From assembly GCA_028534125.1 (NCBI GenBank), contig CM052817.1:13580001-13644000 (forward strand): a stretch of 64,000 nucleotides of DNA, read 5' to 3'. Position 1 is the stretch's first letter. Every line of letters starts with the position of its first letter. Both the position numbers and the translations under genes were made by a program. This DNA comes from Lama glama (lineage: Eukaryota). The notes below the pieces were generated by a model. The model made no database searches and was not told the DNA's origin. It saw only the letters and a list, made by a program, of their open reading frames with translations. Below are positions 1 through 12,718 of this stretch, one piece after another.

Positions 1-22
1 GCCCGATTGTGAAACCAGTTAC

Positions 23-77
23 CTTCCTCCTCTAATCCAGAAGGAGACAGAAAGTGCTTGAATCTGCTGGAACTAAT
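23..77 (-). other. Candidate 55-nt internal exon of an unidentified minus-strand transcript
   Basis: On the minus strand: acceptor ttgcatttctgttctgtag, then ATTAGTTCC...GAGGAGGAAG, then donor gtaact. One frame is open (ISSSRFKHFLSPSGLEEE). I do not recognise the peptide. Confidence 0.35.
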
Positions 78-159
78 CTACAGAACAGAAATGCAAATAG
101 AGTAAATTTGACTCCCCTGAGAGCTGCTACTTGAAGATGCTTTTTTCTCTTAAAACGCA

Positions 160-432
160 TGCTGGTCTGTCCGTCAGCCTCTCCGTCTGTATCCCGAGTT
201 TCTCTCAGCCTGTCTGTCTTCTCCAGCTTTCTCTCTCATTTTCTGCAGTCTTTCTCACTTCCTTAGCTCTGTCTCCCTCTCTCTGTTTTTCTCTGGCTCC
301 ATGTCTCTCTGTCTTTGTCCTTCTAGGTAACTACTCGCATTCCTCCTTTCTCCGTCTTTCTCTGCTCTGTCCCTGTCCGCCTCGCTGCCTGTGACTCAGT
401 CTCTCTCTCAAACAAGGCCTGTCTCTGTCTCC
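160..432. repeat. CT-rich low-complexity tract
   Basis: Degenerate TCTC/TGTC repeats. These explain the Ser/Leu-rich ORF 131..394. Confidence 0.8.
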
Positions 433-796
433 CCGATTTGGTCTTCTTTACCTTTGTGTTGCTTGTGTGCCTCGTGAAACACTCAGCTGAGTAGGGGATG
501 ATCATCGTAAGTTATTGCTAGGCAGATCTCAGTAGACAACTAGATTGTCGAAAGTGCCAGTGCTTGCCAAACCAGTACAAAGTGCTCATTTGTACACATT
601 TCTGCCCAGTTCTCTGGGCACAACCAGCCAGAGAATGTTAGCAGGAAACATGTTAAAAGCATCCGTTTTCTCTGGGATCCGTTAAGATTCACCCTTGAAG
701 CCCAGTTTTCCTTTGTCCTCTGCACAGGTGGCCAAAACTGCTTATCTGGTGACATCTTTTGAGTCGGAGTTGGAGCTCATTTGGAGTCCCTGTCAG

Positions 797-916
797 TAGG
801 ATGACAAGACTCCCTGGTTTGCCCAGGACAGTGCCAGTTTACGAGTTGTCCTAACATCCTATTTGTTAGCGCCCCCTTTTTGTTCGGGTTTAGATGCCAA
901 ATGACCTGGTCACGCT
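797..916. mobile_element. MER94-like hAT-Blackjack MITE
   Basis: Degenerate inverted ends taggatgac...ggtcacgcta, with internal ggtttgcccaggacagt and tagcgccccctt. Confidence 0.7.
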
Positions 917-1074
917 ATACTAGCAGCTGGTAAAAGTTCCACACCCGCAGGGTGATGTGCAGTCGTTGACTTCACTGCACTGTCAACAGTGCAATTTGTG
1001 CAACCTCATTTAAAAAGGGTATTTTGAAAAAATAGATATAATTCGTAGGAAAGATGAAGAATGGAGCTAAAATA

Positions 1075-1467
1075 TAAGTATTTGCATATGATGGAGTATT
1101 ATTCAGCTTTAAAAAAAAAAAGAAGGAATTCCTGCCATATGTGACCACGTGGATGAACACTGAGGGCATTAGGCTAAGTGAAATAAGCCAGTCACAGAAG
1201 GACAAATACATGATTCCACCAATAGGAGGCATCCAAAGTCGTCAAATTCATAGAAGCAGAGACTAGAATGCAGGGTGCCAGGGGACGGGGGCAAGGGAAG
1301 TGGAGCGATGTTGTTCAGCTGGTATGAAGCTCCAGTTAGGCTGGATGAGTTAGACTTAGAGACCTTCTCTGCAGCGCAGTGCTTCTAGTTAACTATGCTC
1401 TCTTGCGCACTTAAAAACTTAAGGGGGTAGATGCTCAACTTGTGAGATAACACAACATAAAAATTAG
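1075..1467 (+). mobile_element. Old L1 (L1MA/L1MB-like) 3' fragment
   Basis: tattattcagctttaaaa...tggatgaacactgagggcattaggctaagtgaaataagccagtcacagaaggacaaatac matches the L1 ORF2 end and 3' UTR. Confidence 0.9.
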
Positions 1468-1519
1468 ACCAACGTAAAAGAAATGTAACAGAAAATGCAA
1501 GTAATTTGAGTGACATTTG

Positions 1520-1742
1520 TAGCCGAAAGACTTGCAGCTTTGGCGTCAGGAAGAACTAGTGTGAGTTCTGCCGCTTTTTGTTCGTGGGATTTTGAAAAGT
1601 GACTTAAACTCACTGAGCCTCTTTGATCTCGCCTGCATCACAGAAATAGCACTGATGCCGGCCTTTGCTGTGTCCTGGGGTGGTCAGGAGGTTCAGATGA
1701 GATGAGGTTACATACACGCAGCTCCTGGCTAAATAACGTTCT
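1520..1742 (+). mobile_element. MIR SINE
   Basis: gctttggcgtcaggaagaac...gtgacttaaactcactgagcctc...cagatgagatgagg. Confidence 0.7.
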
Positions 1743-1980
1743 CCTCCCCTGCCTAGTGGCTACGAGAGGGAAAAGTATGTTTAAGGCTCAGCACCCAACT
1801 TAAGAAGGAATATTTTAAAAAGGACAGTAGTGCTGCTTTGTTTTTTTTGATATAACAGCAAAGTATCCCCCAAATCTCTATCTTGACTGTTGACTCTTTA
1901 ATAATAATTTTATTATAAATACAAATTAAACCTAAATCCAGTTGCACTATTTCTCGTCTTCAAGCTAACACAAATAACCC

Positions 1981-2003
1981 ATATATATATATATATATAT
2001 ATA
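1981..2003. repeat. (AT)n microsatellite
   Basis: About 11 perfect AT units. Confidence 0.95.
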
Positions 2004-2719
2004 GTCTTAAGTGATTTTAATGATTAAGCATTGTACCTTCAAATTTTCCTTTGGGATTAGTCAAAACATGTATTTAAAATTAGAAAGCTAGTTATAATTG
2101 AGTGAAGTCGAGTCTTCTGATGAAAAGAAACCACAAATGTAATTTATAAATTGAGTTTTAATAAGATTTGGGATTATAAAGTTTATTTTCTTGTCAGAAT
2201 GTTTATTATATAATGAATCTTTCTACCCCTCCACTACCCAAGCACTATTCATCTTAGTACAGTGTAGGCTTTCCTGTTCATTTCACGATTGGTCAGTTAC
2301 CTGACTACTGCCCTTTAATAACATGCTTGAAAGGCTGTTTAAAAAAAAAAGAGTTAAAACCTTGTTTTCTTTTGTTCATTCTATTCAGCTCCTCTTGGTA
2401 TAAAACCCTATAGGGTCTCATACTCCATTATAAGAACTCTGGCTTTTACTTCAATGAAACAGGCAGAAAGTGAACGATTTTGAGCAAAGGAATGAGGTAG
2501 CGTAATTTAAATTTCATTCTAGAAATATCCAGTGTGCACCTACTAAGCACTAGCAAAAACGAACCAGTCTCTACTCTCATAAAATTTACCTACTAATGAA
2601 GAAGGTAAATATGAAAAAAAGAATTAAACAAAACAGACAAGTCCTCTAAATTTCACTTGAACATGATCTTGCCCCTAAGGAAATGTGGAGATAAATGATG
2701 CCTAAAACTCAGGACTCTA

Positions 2720-2945
2720 ACAACAGTAGCAGGAACTTTCTATGTGCCAAGTACTTTACAAGCCTTCTATCATTTAACCTTTACAAGAACTTCATGTGGC
2801 GGATGATATCACAATGGCCAAATCACAGGTGAGGAAGTTAAGCGTAGGGAGATGCACGCAGCTTATAAGAGGCAGCACCAGGACGTAAGTGCATGTCCAT
2901 CTGTCTGCCTCCTGGGTCCGACGTTCTGTCTTCTATGCTGCACTA
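2720..2945 (-). mobile_element. MIR SINE
   Basis: ctatgtgccaagtacttt...catttaacc...acaggtgaggaagttaag, the reverse-complement MIR core. Confidence 0.7.
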
Positions 2946-3239
2946 ACAATGGCCCCAGTAAATAACTAGATTAGTTCACTGATGGGTTGTGTCTCATGGT
3001 GCAACCTTCAGCTACAGGGTATTTGTCTCACACTGTGGAGTAATTTTTATTTCCTTCCCTGTCCCCTCGGTTAGGCTTTCTTAAAACTCATCCCATCTTG
3101 AATATTGTACTGAAGACTTGGTGACGTGTGTTCCTTTTCTAGAAATACTGCCTCTAATTCCATTTTCTGCAGGACATCCATCAAATTCTGGTGGTATTAA
3201 AAAATAATAATGCAGTTGAAGAGAAAGCTGCACTAGGAG

Positions 3240-3350
3240 ATCCAATTTCTTCATCTGAAAAATAGGGGTAATAATATGTGGCACTTACTAATCTCAGGGA
3301 AATTAGGAGATGAATGAAGTAACTGTTTCTGCAAAATCTTTTTAAATGTA
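3240..3350 (+). mobile_element. MIR core fragment
   Basis: caatttcttcatctgaaaaataggggtaataat. Confidence 0.7.
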
Positions 3351-3811
3351 GAAGAAATAACATATAATCCATTATAACTTCCAGTGTGAAACACTACTTT
3401 TCTATCCTTTTGGGTCACTATATTCAATCTTTATCTTTCAACAGGGTATTCTATAAAACTATTTGTTCATTAATCTAACAAATAATATTTATTGGGTATA
3501 ACACAGACCCTGTGCTAGGCACTTGGTATAAAAATCAAATAAGATATGCAGTGAGGCTCCTGTTTACAATTTTGTGAATACCAATTACTCGGTCTTGGCT
3601 GCTTGTTAGAATCAAGAGGGTGGCTTAGAAAAATTAGCCATGCCTGATCAGACTAACTGAATCAGGTAACTCAAAAGTGAAGCCACATTTGAGACCCATT
3701 GTTCTGTTTGGTACCAATCCCATACCCATATTTGGATCGGTTTTTCCAAAGAGCTGTGGTTTCATGGGTTTGATATTGCAAACCGATATCTAGTCGTTTC
3801 TACATGGACAT

Positions 3812-3975
3812 TGTACTATGTTGAGAGGTGTCTCTCAAAAACTGAAGTTCACACTGAACCTCAGAATGTGATCTTATTTGGAAAGAGAGGTTTTGCAGAT
3901 GTAATTAGTTAAGATGAGGTCATGCTAAATGAGGGTGGGCCCTAAACTGAATGACTAATGTCCTTATAAGAGAAA

Positions 3976-4020
<45 letters not shown>

Positions 4021-4286
4021 CACGGGGAAGAGGACTGTGTACAGATGGAGGCAGACACTGGAGCGGTGCAGCTGCTAGCCAAGGAAGGCCAGTGATTGCC
4101 ATCAACCCTCAAAACTAAACAAGACACAAAACAAGAGTCTCCTTCAGAGCCTTCAGAAGAAACCAACCATGCTGACACTTAATTTCAGACTTCTGGCCTT
4201 CTAAACTCTGAGAGAATAAATTTTTGTTGTTTTAAACCATCTGCTTTGCAACACTTTATCCACAGAAGCTCTGGGAAACTAACACA
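3812..4286 (+). mobile_element. MaLR solo LTR (MLT1B/MLT1C-like) with 5-bp target-site duplication
   Basis: TG...CA termini; cctcagaatgtgatcttatttgg, aataaatttttgttgttttaaacca, ggaaactaacaca; perfect GACAT duplication at 3807-3811 and 4287-4291. Confidence 0.92.
3978..4017. repeat. (CA)n microsatellite inside the LTR
   Basis: About 20 CA units. Confidence 0.95.
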
Positions 4287-4970
4287 GACATCAATTAACA
4301 GATTTTTAAGAACAGCAGAAAAAGTCAAATTATACCGTAGCCACAGACTCATTCTCAGCTTTATCTATGAAGTCCCTCAGAATATAAGACGCGGTGCCAT
4401 TCTTGTGATGCCTTCTTAGTGGGACTGGTAGTTTTTTCAAATTGCTACTAAGCATATTCATCGTAGGTGAATTAATCCACTGCACACTGCGCCTGAGTGG
4501 GTGTCTAGCTGTGTGGAGTTGCATAAAGATTCTGCAGCTAGGGCTGGGTAAATCTCTGCTGAAGACAAGCATTCACAAAGAACTAAACCAGAAGTGAGGA
4601 TCTTGCCATCTTTGTTTCTAAGTAATTAATCAGTTATTTACTGAGCATTAGATGACTCTCCACATCACTGAGACTAGCAGCCAGGTTCCCTTCAGTGGTC
4701 TACCAAGTGTTTACACTCCTCCCACCAAAACTCACCTGTCTGTTTCGTGTCTGAGTTCACTCTTCTCATTCTGTCCTTGCCGCTTACTGGTCCCTGAGCC
4801 CGAAGTGCCTTATCTCAAGTGTCGTCGAGGTCACTGCCTCACCTCCTTCGGGTCTTTACTCCAACATTAGCATCTCAGTGAGTCCTTCTCTGATCATCCT
4901 ATTTAAACCTGGACCCTCACATAACGACTCCCTATATTTCTTTCCTGCTTTATTTTACTACATGGCTCTG

Positions 4971-5330
4971 TGTTGTTAGCTGGACGGTGTCCCTCCCAGA
5001 TTTGCAGGTAGAAGCCCTGGCCCTCAGGACCTCAGAATACTTGACAATATTTGGAGACAGAGCCTTCAAAGAGGCAATTAAATGAAAATGATGCCTTTAG
5101 GATGGCTTCTAATTTCACCTGACTGATGTCCTGTATAAAAAGAGAAACACTAGGGATGCCTGAACCCCACATGAGGACGCTGAGGAGGCGGCTGTCTGCC
5201 AGCAAGGAGAGAGGCCTCAGGAGAAATCAAACTGCTAACACCTTGAACTTCCAGCCTCCAGCACCATGAAGAAATAAATTCCTATTTAAACCACCCAGGC
5301 TTGTGATAGCAGCCTTAGAAAACTAACACA
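4971..5330 (+). mobile_element. MaLR solo LTR (MLT1A-like)
   Basis: gacctcagaat...atttggagacagagcc...gagagaggcctcaggagaaatcaa...ttccagcctccag...aaataaatt...aaactaacaca. Confidence 0.88.
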
Positions 5331-5332
5331 GT

Positions 5333-5425
5333 CAACCACAAAATTTATTGTTCAACTGGAACACCACTTAGAATGGGAAAGGGACACTAGTAATAATGAT
5401 GCTAGGACAGTTGTCATCAACTACT
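5333..5425. mobile_element. MER94-like MITE fragment, opposite orientation to 797-916
   Basis: aaaatttattgttcaactggaacac...gaaagggacactagtaataatgatgctaggaca. Confidence 0.5.
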
Positions 5426-5689
5426 TCTAGTAGCTCTGTCTGTAAAGCCTGTCACTATTAACGTAAAATGTGCTTTAGTTATATGTTTATTACTTGCCTA
5501 TGTCCATGGGATAGTAAATTCCCTGAGAGCAGGGAATTTCTGTATTTTTATTGCTTTATACTCAGAGTCTTAGTGTCTGGCACATAGTAGCTTCTCAACA
5601 AAAAGTATGTTGAATAATAAATGTAAAATGTATCAAGTGGTTGATGTTCACTGATCTTTACATAAAGAACAGCTATCTCAACGCGACCA

Positions 5690-5880
5690 CCGTCATTTTG
5701 CACCTGCTGCATGCTAAGCAGGGTACTAGGCATCTTATGTATGTTATCACTCATTCTTACAACAACTTTGTAAACTTGGTCCCTGTTTTATACTCAAAAA
5801 CCTAAATAGCTGAGAGATTTTAAGTCACTTCTCCCATATCCCTCAGCAAGTAGCTAAGGATTTAAACTCCAGGATGTATC
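5690..5880 (-). mobile_element. MIR SINE
   Basis: tcattcttacaacaactttg...gagagattttaagtcacttctccca...ggatttaaactccagg. Confidence 0.65.
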
Positions 5881-7309
5881 TCTTCATGCGAAAAAGATGC
5901 TTGCACGCTATCAGCACTTAGAGAAGAACATAAATGCAGATTTCTAACTCATTAAGTCAATTGAAATGATCACCACTTACTAGTCACAATATCATACATG
6001 TTGAGGTAAAAGTGATACTGACAGAGGACATCAGTATTGGTTCAGAATAAGTCATATTCAATTAAATTGTACAGTTGGAAATATCCTTAATATTTTAACC
6101 CTAAATTCTCTATCAGCATCACAGAAAAATCAAGGACAACAAATCAATAACCCTAAGATGGATATGAGTGGCTCTTCCTACCAATTTGATTTTTGGTAAC
6201 TGATGCTTTGGGCTGACCCACAAAGTGAAATACTGTCCTTGAAGACAGGAAGCTCTGTCTGCCTCTCAACATTTTTATTTATTAGAAACAGAGTCAGAAA
6301 AATCTGATGCTAAAATTTTATCACAGCAGGGGGCAGGGGCTAGGTCCTGCTGCACAAAATTAATTTCATGCCAATTTGGTAGATGTTGTCTGATACTTTT
6401 CCATAAGTAACAATCTTGACCACATCAAAATGTTGTCTAAGACAATTCTTTGAGTTGCATAAATTGAAGTCACATTTTGAATGCAAATTTGAAAGAATAA
6501 CATATAAATAATGAAGTCTCACATTATGTGCAAATTTGAAACCAATGCAATACTCAAATTTCTGTTACATTTGTCAAGAATTTCGTAACTTCAAAGCTGG
6601 CAGACTGAATGAATGGTGAGCTATGTATGATCTTGCTTTAAGACAATATCCCTTACAGCCTGTAACAAAAACTCTGGCCATCTTTGTAACCTTCCAGAAA
6701 TATCCAATTAAGACCTTAAATTCTGGAGATCATCAAGAACATGTTCTTCAAGTAAAACATAATCCCTCTATAATTCACACTAACCAGGCTTCACCTCAAA
6801 CACACTGGGACTAAAAGCTCAACCCTGAACATCCTAGCATCACTCATTTCAATTTCACAAATGTCTGTTGATGCTTTAGTCTCATTAAATGCTCCTTGCA
6901 GCCTTCTCTCCCAGGGATCTTAGAGATTTATTGGAGAGAGGGTAACCTTTTGAGATGAAAGTGAAATAATTTGGAAAACAAAACCACTTCATTCTAGAGG
7001 CTGATTCTTGCCGTCCTCTGTCATTCAGAACTCCTTCCTTACACAGGGTTGAATCCATTCAGTTCTCTGGCTCTTCCACATCTCCATGAAATGAAATAGA
7101 GGGCTGTTTGGGAAACCCCAAACTATAACAGTTCAGAAATCTGCTATGACTAAATATTATAAAGGGCACATAATAAATACTGTCTTGTATAAGCCTCATA
7201 AGAATCATTTATCCAGGAAGAAACTGAACTCAGTCATGTTTTAGCTTGTCCAAGATCAGACATCTAAAAACTAATGAAATGAACCTGGTCGGTCTGAGCA
7301 CTAAGGCCA

Positions 7310-7405
7310 CACATACACTGTTTATGTTTCATTCATCTCTGTCTCCTCAGCATCATGCATGATGCCAACATTGGCTGTTCAATACGTATTTGTTGAATGA
7401 ATCAA
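7310..7405 (+). mobile_element. L2 3' tail
   Basis: gtttcattcatctctgtctcctcagcatc...caatacgtatttgttgaatgaat. Confidence 0.7.
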
Positions 7406-8099
7406 TGTCATTTGAATTCCAAAGGAGGAATGGAAGGCTCCTTGTATATGAATAAATCAAATGACTTTTTCAAGGTTTCCAAAAAACAATTAGCATTTCA
7501 TTGGGATAATTCTGAAAGGCCAGATCCTGGCAAACCTATCTGTCAGTCGGAGACAAGGGCATTCAGAAAACTGAGCCTTGAAAGTGTGCAGAGCCAGCCT
7601 GTATTTGGTGGCCTTCAATGTTAGGCTGCTGGTTAATGGAACTGGGACGGGGGAAGGGGTGGTGGTGGTAGGAAACCCAGCATTGTCAACAAACTTTAAT
7701 AGTCTAAGACAACAAGGCTGTTAAAACACCTTTGGATCATAAAAAGGAACAGATCAGAATTATGAAACTGAGATAAGACATCCTTGCAGAGAAAAAGCAA
7801 TATTGTGCTCTTAGGCTAAAATTTCATAAGAAGCTTGTGAAAATGGCTTTGTGAGTAAGGAAAATTACGGATCCTGTCTTATTCTCTGGATGAGCAAAGC
7901 CTCTGAATTCAACGTGACCTCAGGATCGCATGTGCATAGAACCGAGCAGGACAATCTGATAAATATCTGAGGTTCATGGAGGCTTCTGGGGACATTGAAC
8001 TGAACAAGTTTGAGCTTCATGTTAATCATGATAGTAACAAATGCCTTTTTTTGAGCATTTACAAAGCATTATCCAATATGATTATCAAAAACAATCCTC

Positions 8100-8268
8100 A
8101 TAAAATAAACAAGCTACAAGGATATAGGGTAGAACAGGGAACATAGTTAATATTTTATCATGACTATAAATGGAGCATAACCTTTAAAAATGGTGAACCA
8201 CCATTTTGTGCACCTGAAACTTATGTAATATCGTATGTCAACTATACCTCCATCAAAAAAGAAAAAAG
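8100..8268 (+). mobile_element. L1 3' end (artiodactyl-type) with A-rich tail
   Basis: taaacaagctacaaggatata...cacctgaaacttatgtaatatcgtatgtcaactatacctccatcaaaaaagaaaaaa. Confidence 0.85.
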
Positions 8269-8454
8269 CTTGAAAAGTCAAACAAACAAACAGTCCTGAA
8301 ATATACATGTTTGGTATTGCAGCCCACGTTTTGCAAATGAGAAGATTTAGGAAGCTCAGGAAACGTACAGCTCAATTGCTGTCTAGCTGAGACGCTATTC
8401 CAACATTTCTCACTCTGTAAACTTACCCATTTCCTTTCTGTTCTTGCCACTTAA

Positions 8455-8600
8455 AATGGTTCTCAGGCCAGCAGCCTCATCTATGAGCTTGTTAGGAATT
8501 CAGAATCTTTGGAACCACCCCTGAGCTACTGAATCACAATTTGCATTTTAATAAGATCTTCAGGTGATTTGTATGCACATTAGATTGTGAAAAGCACAGT
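8455..8600. mobile_element. MER5A-like hAT-Charlie MITE
   Basis: gagcttgttaggaattcagaatc...ctactgaatcacaatttgcattttaataagatc...aggtgatttgtatgcacattag. Confidence 0.85.
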
Positions 8601-8759
8601 ATACATCATGTCACATTAGTCATCTAGATGCCTCTGCTTTGAAAATCTTATCTCAGTTCGATATGAATGAGGGTTGGGGGGCACTATCATTAAGAATAAG
8701 CTGTCAATCTCTGAATCTTCTCAATACATAATCAGGTTTAAATATTGATGGCCCTAGTG

Positions 8760-8960
8760 ATGGCAGTGTAACATAGGTTAGGACTATAGACGGTGAATCC
8801 TGTTTTGCCACTTACTGTGTGGCTTTGGGAACATGCCCTAACTCTCAAGGCTTCAGTTTTTCATCTGGAAATGAGGATAAGAAGCATACCAACCTCATGA
8901 GGTTGTTGCGAAGGTCAAGTGAGCTGGCACGTGGGGAGTATGCAGAGATGCTCACTATTT
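8760..8960 (+). mobile_element. MIR SINE
   Basis: gaatcctgttttgccacttactgtgtggctttgg...cagtttttcatctggaaatgaggataa. Confidence 0.8.
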
Positions 8961-11124
8961 TAAGCATGATTAACAGCAGAGATTCACTCTAGCTGTCCAC
9001 ACTACCAAGGAAAAAACTTTCAAAGAGGTTCTCTTGGTTCTTCATTCAATCAATCCTTTTAACTCTTCCACAGAGATTCATTTCATGTTAACTCTGACCT
9101 ATAGAATTCTGCCCAGTGACACAAGGTCAATGGTGGGTTTCAATAAATGATCCCTGAAGGAACCGTTGACACATCTTCTAGACTTCTCCTCTGAGGGGTC
9201 ATTCATTTTGTTCACACTGATTCTAAGATGCCCAAATCATTGGGTAATGGAGTGACTTGAGTCCTCCCTTTTGGGCACCTGCAAGTCTGGCCCTGCTGGG
9301 GCTTGATAAACTTTAAAAAATTATTCTCCTAATCAGTGGAACAACTGAGAAAAACTTCAGATAAGTTCTCTTCTCACAGGGTCTGGAGATAAGGTGGGGA
9401 GCTGGGGAGTCTGTGCCAGGTTGCAGGAAGCCACAGGGAAACCACTGAAATTGCCCTTCAGGAAAAGGAGCTGATCACAGCAGAGTCAGATGAAAATAAG
9501 GAACCATGAGGTCCTCAACTCAGCCCCGCAGCACCACCCCGCTGGTGCACTGGGCTATTTTAAAGAAAGGAATTGAAAATAGATTAATTGGATGTGTCAT
9601 CTTGGTATGCACAGAGGTAGCATGAATATCGAACTTTTATTCCAACGAGACAATGAACATGTAAAATGCTTTATCAAAATTTGAGAGAAATGAGTTATTA
9701 TTAGTTAATTTTGTACCACAGTTTCTCACATGGGAAAAATTTCCTAGCTTCAATATGAGTGGTGTGCAAGTTAAAATTAAGTATCACAAACCACTAGGGT
9801 TAAGGTATATGAGGCCGATACCACTATGCTATTTGTGGATACAGAATCATTATTCTTTTATAGAGCAAGCAGGTCCTTACAAGGCAGGTTAAGAGCAAGG
9901 ATCTAAAAACACTGCAAACTGTTAAAGGCAGATAAAGTACTTAACCATGCAAAACAAAGTCTAAGAGGTGTATTTTCATTCTTCTTCTTGCTTTTCCTAC
10001 TTAACAGCAATCGTATCTCTTTCTGTCGGTCTTTATTTTGCACCATTCCTTGATTTGACAATGCTGACTCTCCACTGATTTCCACAGAGACCGGGGCCGT
10101 GGCAGGGATTTAGAGCTGGCCTCCCTCATCTGCCAGGGTCGTTCATTCCACCTCTTCCTACTCCTGTTGCAGGGCCCCGTGTTTTAATCAAGGAAAGAAG
10201 TAACTTTTCTTCTTCCTTGTAGACTTTAAAGATATAAATAAAAAATGATAGGCCACGGGTTTTACAAAAGATACAATTTTTATTTTCAAATGGAAAATAG
10301 TTTTTGTTGTTGTTGTTGTTGAAGTAAATCTGTTTCAATCTTTAAATGTTTCCATGTTTTGAAGGAGCTGAGGGTCATCTTCAAATTAGTATAAATTAGT
10401 TGATGCCTAGTTTCACCCACATGATCTTTCACTGGTGGCTTCTTTTGAAGCAAAATTTGAAATATCTGCCTCTATTTTTTGTTGTTACCTTTTAAAATTT
10501 TATTTCTCTCTTTGATGCTTTGAGGTTTTTTTCTTTAAATTTTGTCCTGTGGGTCTTTATTTTTTACCGATGATTGCTTTTACTTTATCATCTCATATTG
10601 TATTTTATTCTTTTTATTGTTCCATTAGGGTCTATTTCTTTGCCTAGTTTCGCATAATTTTTCAACATATTTCATTCTATGTTAAGTTTTGCCTCATGAT
10701 TTGATTACTTTTTCAGTTTTGATAACTTATAATCAACGATATTGATTAATTATACCTTATATTTACTCTTCTAGTTAAGACCAGGCTTTTAGCCGCTTAA
10801 ATTACTCCCATTATTTCGTTTTGGCTTGTTTCTAGCTTTAACTCGATTTTCATCACCTTAAAAGACGTTAAGCTAATTTTGTCTTGCAGAGTGTAGTATT
10901 CACTTTTAACTCTTCATTTACAATAGTAGGCAGACAAAGCATCTGGTCATAGAATCTGTGATCTAAACACTGGAGCTTATAATGGGGCAACATTCCCTCC
11001 CTCTTCGGTTTGTTTTCCTTCCAGAATGTAAACTCCATGAGAGCCCTGGCCCATGCCTGTTTTGTGTTGTTGTTTCTCCCTTGTCTGGCTTATCAGAGGC
11101 GCGTAATGAAAACCTGTGAAGAGT

Positions 11125-11345
11125 AATAATGATTCATAAGAATTACTAAGGATTGAATGAATCTATTGAGAACTCTCCACGCGTTAACTCTTAAGCTTCA
11201 CAACCCTATGAGGAAGGCCTTACTATCACCCTACTCCCTACATGAGGACATTGAGACCTGCAGAGCTACGAGGTGGCCTGCCCTGGTTACCCATTAGTTA
11301 GGAGTGCAGCCAAGACTTGAACTTGTAATCTGTTGCCAGCTCAAG
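11125..11345 (-). mobile_element. MIR SINE, preceded by an L2 tail at ~11020-11120
   Basis: cacaaccctatgaggaagg...catgaggacattgagac...ttgaacttg. Confidence 0.7.
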
Positions 11346-12718
11346 GCCCTTCAAAATCAGTTACCCAGTGTCTGGCCCATTATGTGCTAACTGGTCAGTA
11401 AGAGGCAGGTACAATGGGGAAGGGATCTCTTTAACCAGACTTTTATGCAATTCCTACCTAAAACACAGCTAAGGCATGTGGCCGCTCATAAATCAATGCA
11501 GGCTAGCTAAATAGAAAAAGGAAAGCCTGGAGCTTATCTGACAAATTCATGACACACTGGCAATATTTTAGTTGCCTGAGTAGATTGCTGGGAGCAGGTT
11601 CTCATCAACCCCTCCCTGCTCTGAGGCAGTCCCAGCAGTCGCACTCGATTAGATGATCAGTTTTAAACCAAACACAGCAGGTGGTGCCGGGCTCTCCTTG
11701 ATGAGCGGCTCTTAGTTTGCCAGAGATTTATGGAAGCAGTCTTTTAAAGAATTGCATTTACCCACTGAGCTAATTTTCTTCTCAGTTAGAATTCCATCAT
11801 TCTTTAGCCCTGAGAGCAAAAAGTGAATGAAGAACTGAATCAACTAAGTACAGAACTTTCTACATTTCTGTATGTGCCATATTCCTCTTCTTTAGTAGCA
11901 GAACTCCCGGCTCCCATGAAGTCAAGCTGTTCTCCCAGACTTGAGAAAGTTTTCAAATATGCTTAATTTCATAGGATGTCACTGATTTAGTGGCTGATTT
12001 TCTAGAGTGTTCATGGTTTAAGACTATATACAATTTGAAATCCTAGCCAAGTCTTAACAGATGTCAAAGCCTTCATTTTGAAACTATTTGTCAATTACGC
12101 ATTGGTGACTCAGAAGTCACATGGAATTTTCTGAACGAAATACTTAAACAACATTGTGGTTTTCATATTATCTTTTTTAAGGTGAATGTTTAAACATAGC
12201 AGACAAAAGGTTTATGATAGATTTCCAGAATTAATACAAAACATCTCGCTAAGGCACAGCATTGAAACAACTCATCTATTTTTCTAGCACTCTCGAAAAG
12301 AGTCCTTAACAAAAAGCTTGTTTAATTAAGACTTAACTGTTTTTCTTACATCTTGATTAGCAAATGTTCAAGTAATAATATAATCTTAAATACCAAATTT
12401 TAAAATGTATAAATTTTATGCAAGAACTCTTGCTTCAAATTTCATTTCATTTCTGTCTAAACAAATCAAATAGGTTGTAATTCTACTCATGTTTATCCTT
12501 GGGCATTTGAGGAGTTAGCAATGAGAGAGACAGCAGGCAGAAGGTGATCTAGAAAGAAGAAGGAAGAGGAGGAGAAGAAGGAGGACAAAGGAGTTGTTTT
12601 TGGAAGAAGGTGTTTAAAGAAGGCATTTTCCAGCCCAACTTAAGACATCAGGTGATGCTACTAGAATTTGGAAGTAAAACTGTTCCCTTGGCTGACCTGG
12701 CATTCTGCACATGGGAGG

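Larger units (their letters stand above)
4780..5625 (+). mobile_element. L2 3' portion, interrupted by an MLT1A LTR and a MER94-like fragment
   Basis: ctccttcgggtctttactccaacattagcatctcagtgag at ~4840; tail ccctgagagcaggg...gtgtctggcacatagtagcttctcaacaaaaagtatgttgaat. Confidence 0.7.

Noticed and set aside
131..394. Hydrophobic Leu/Ser-rich ORF
   Set aside because: Translation of CT-rich low-complexity DNA.
7700..8015. Possible ancient CR1/L3 remnants here and at ~28170-28290
   Set aside because: The resemblance is too faint to support without an alignment.
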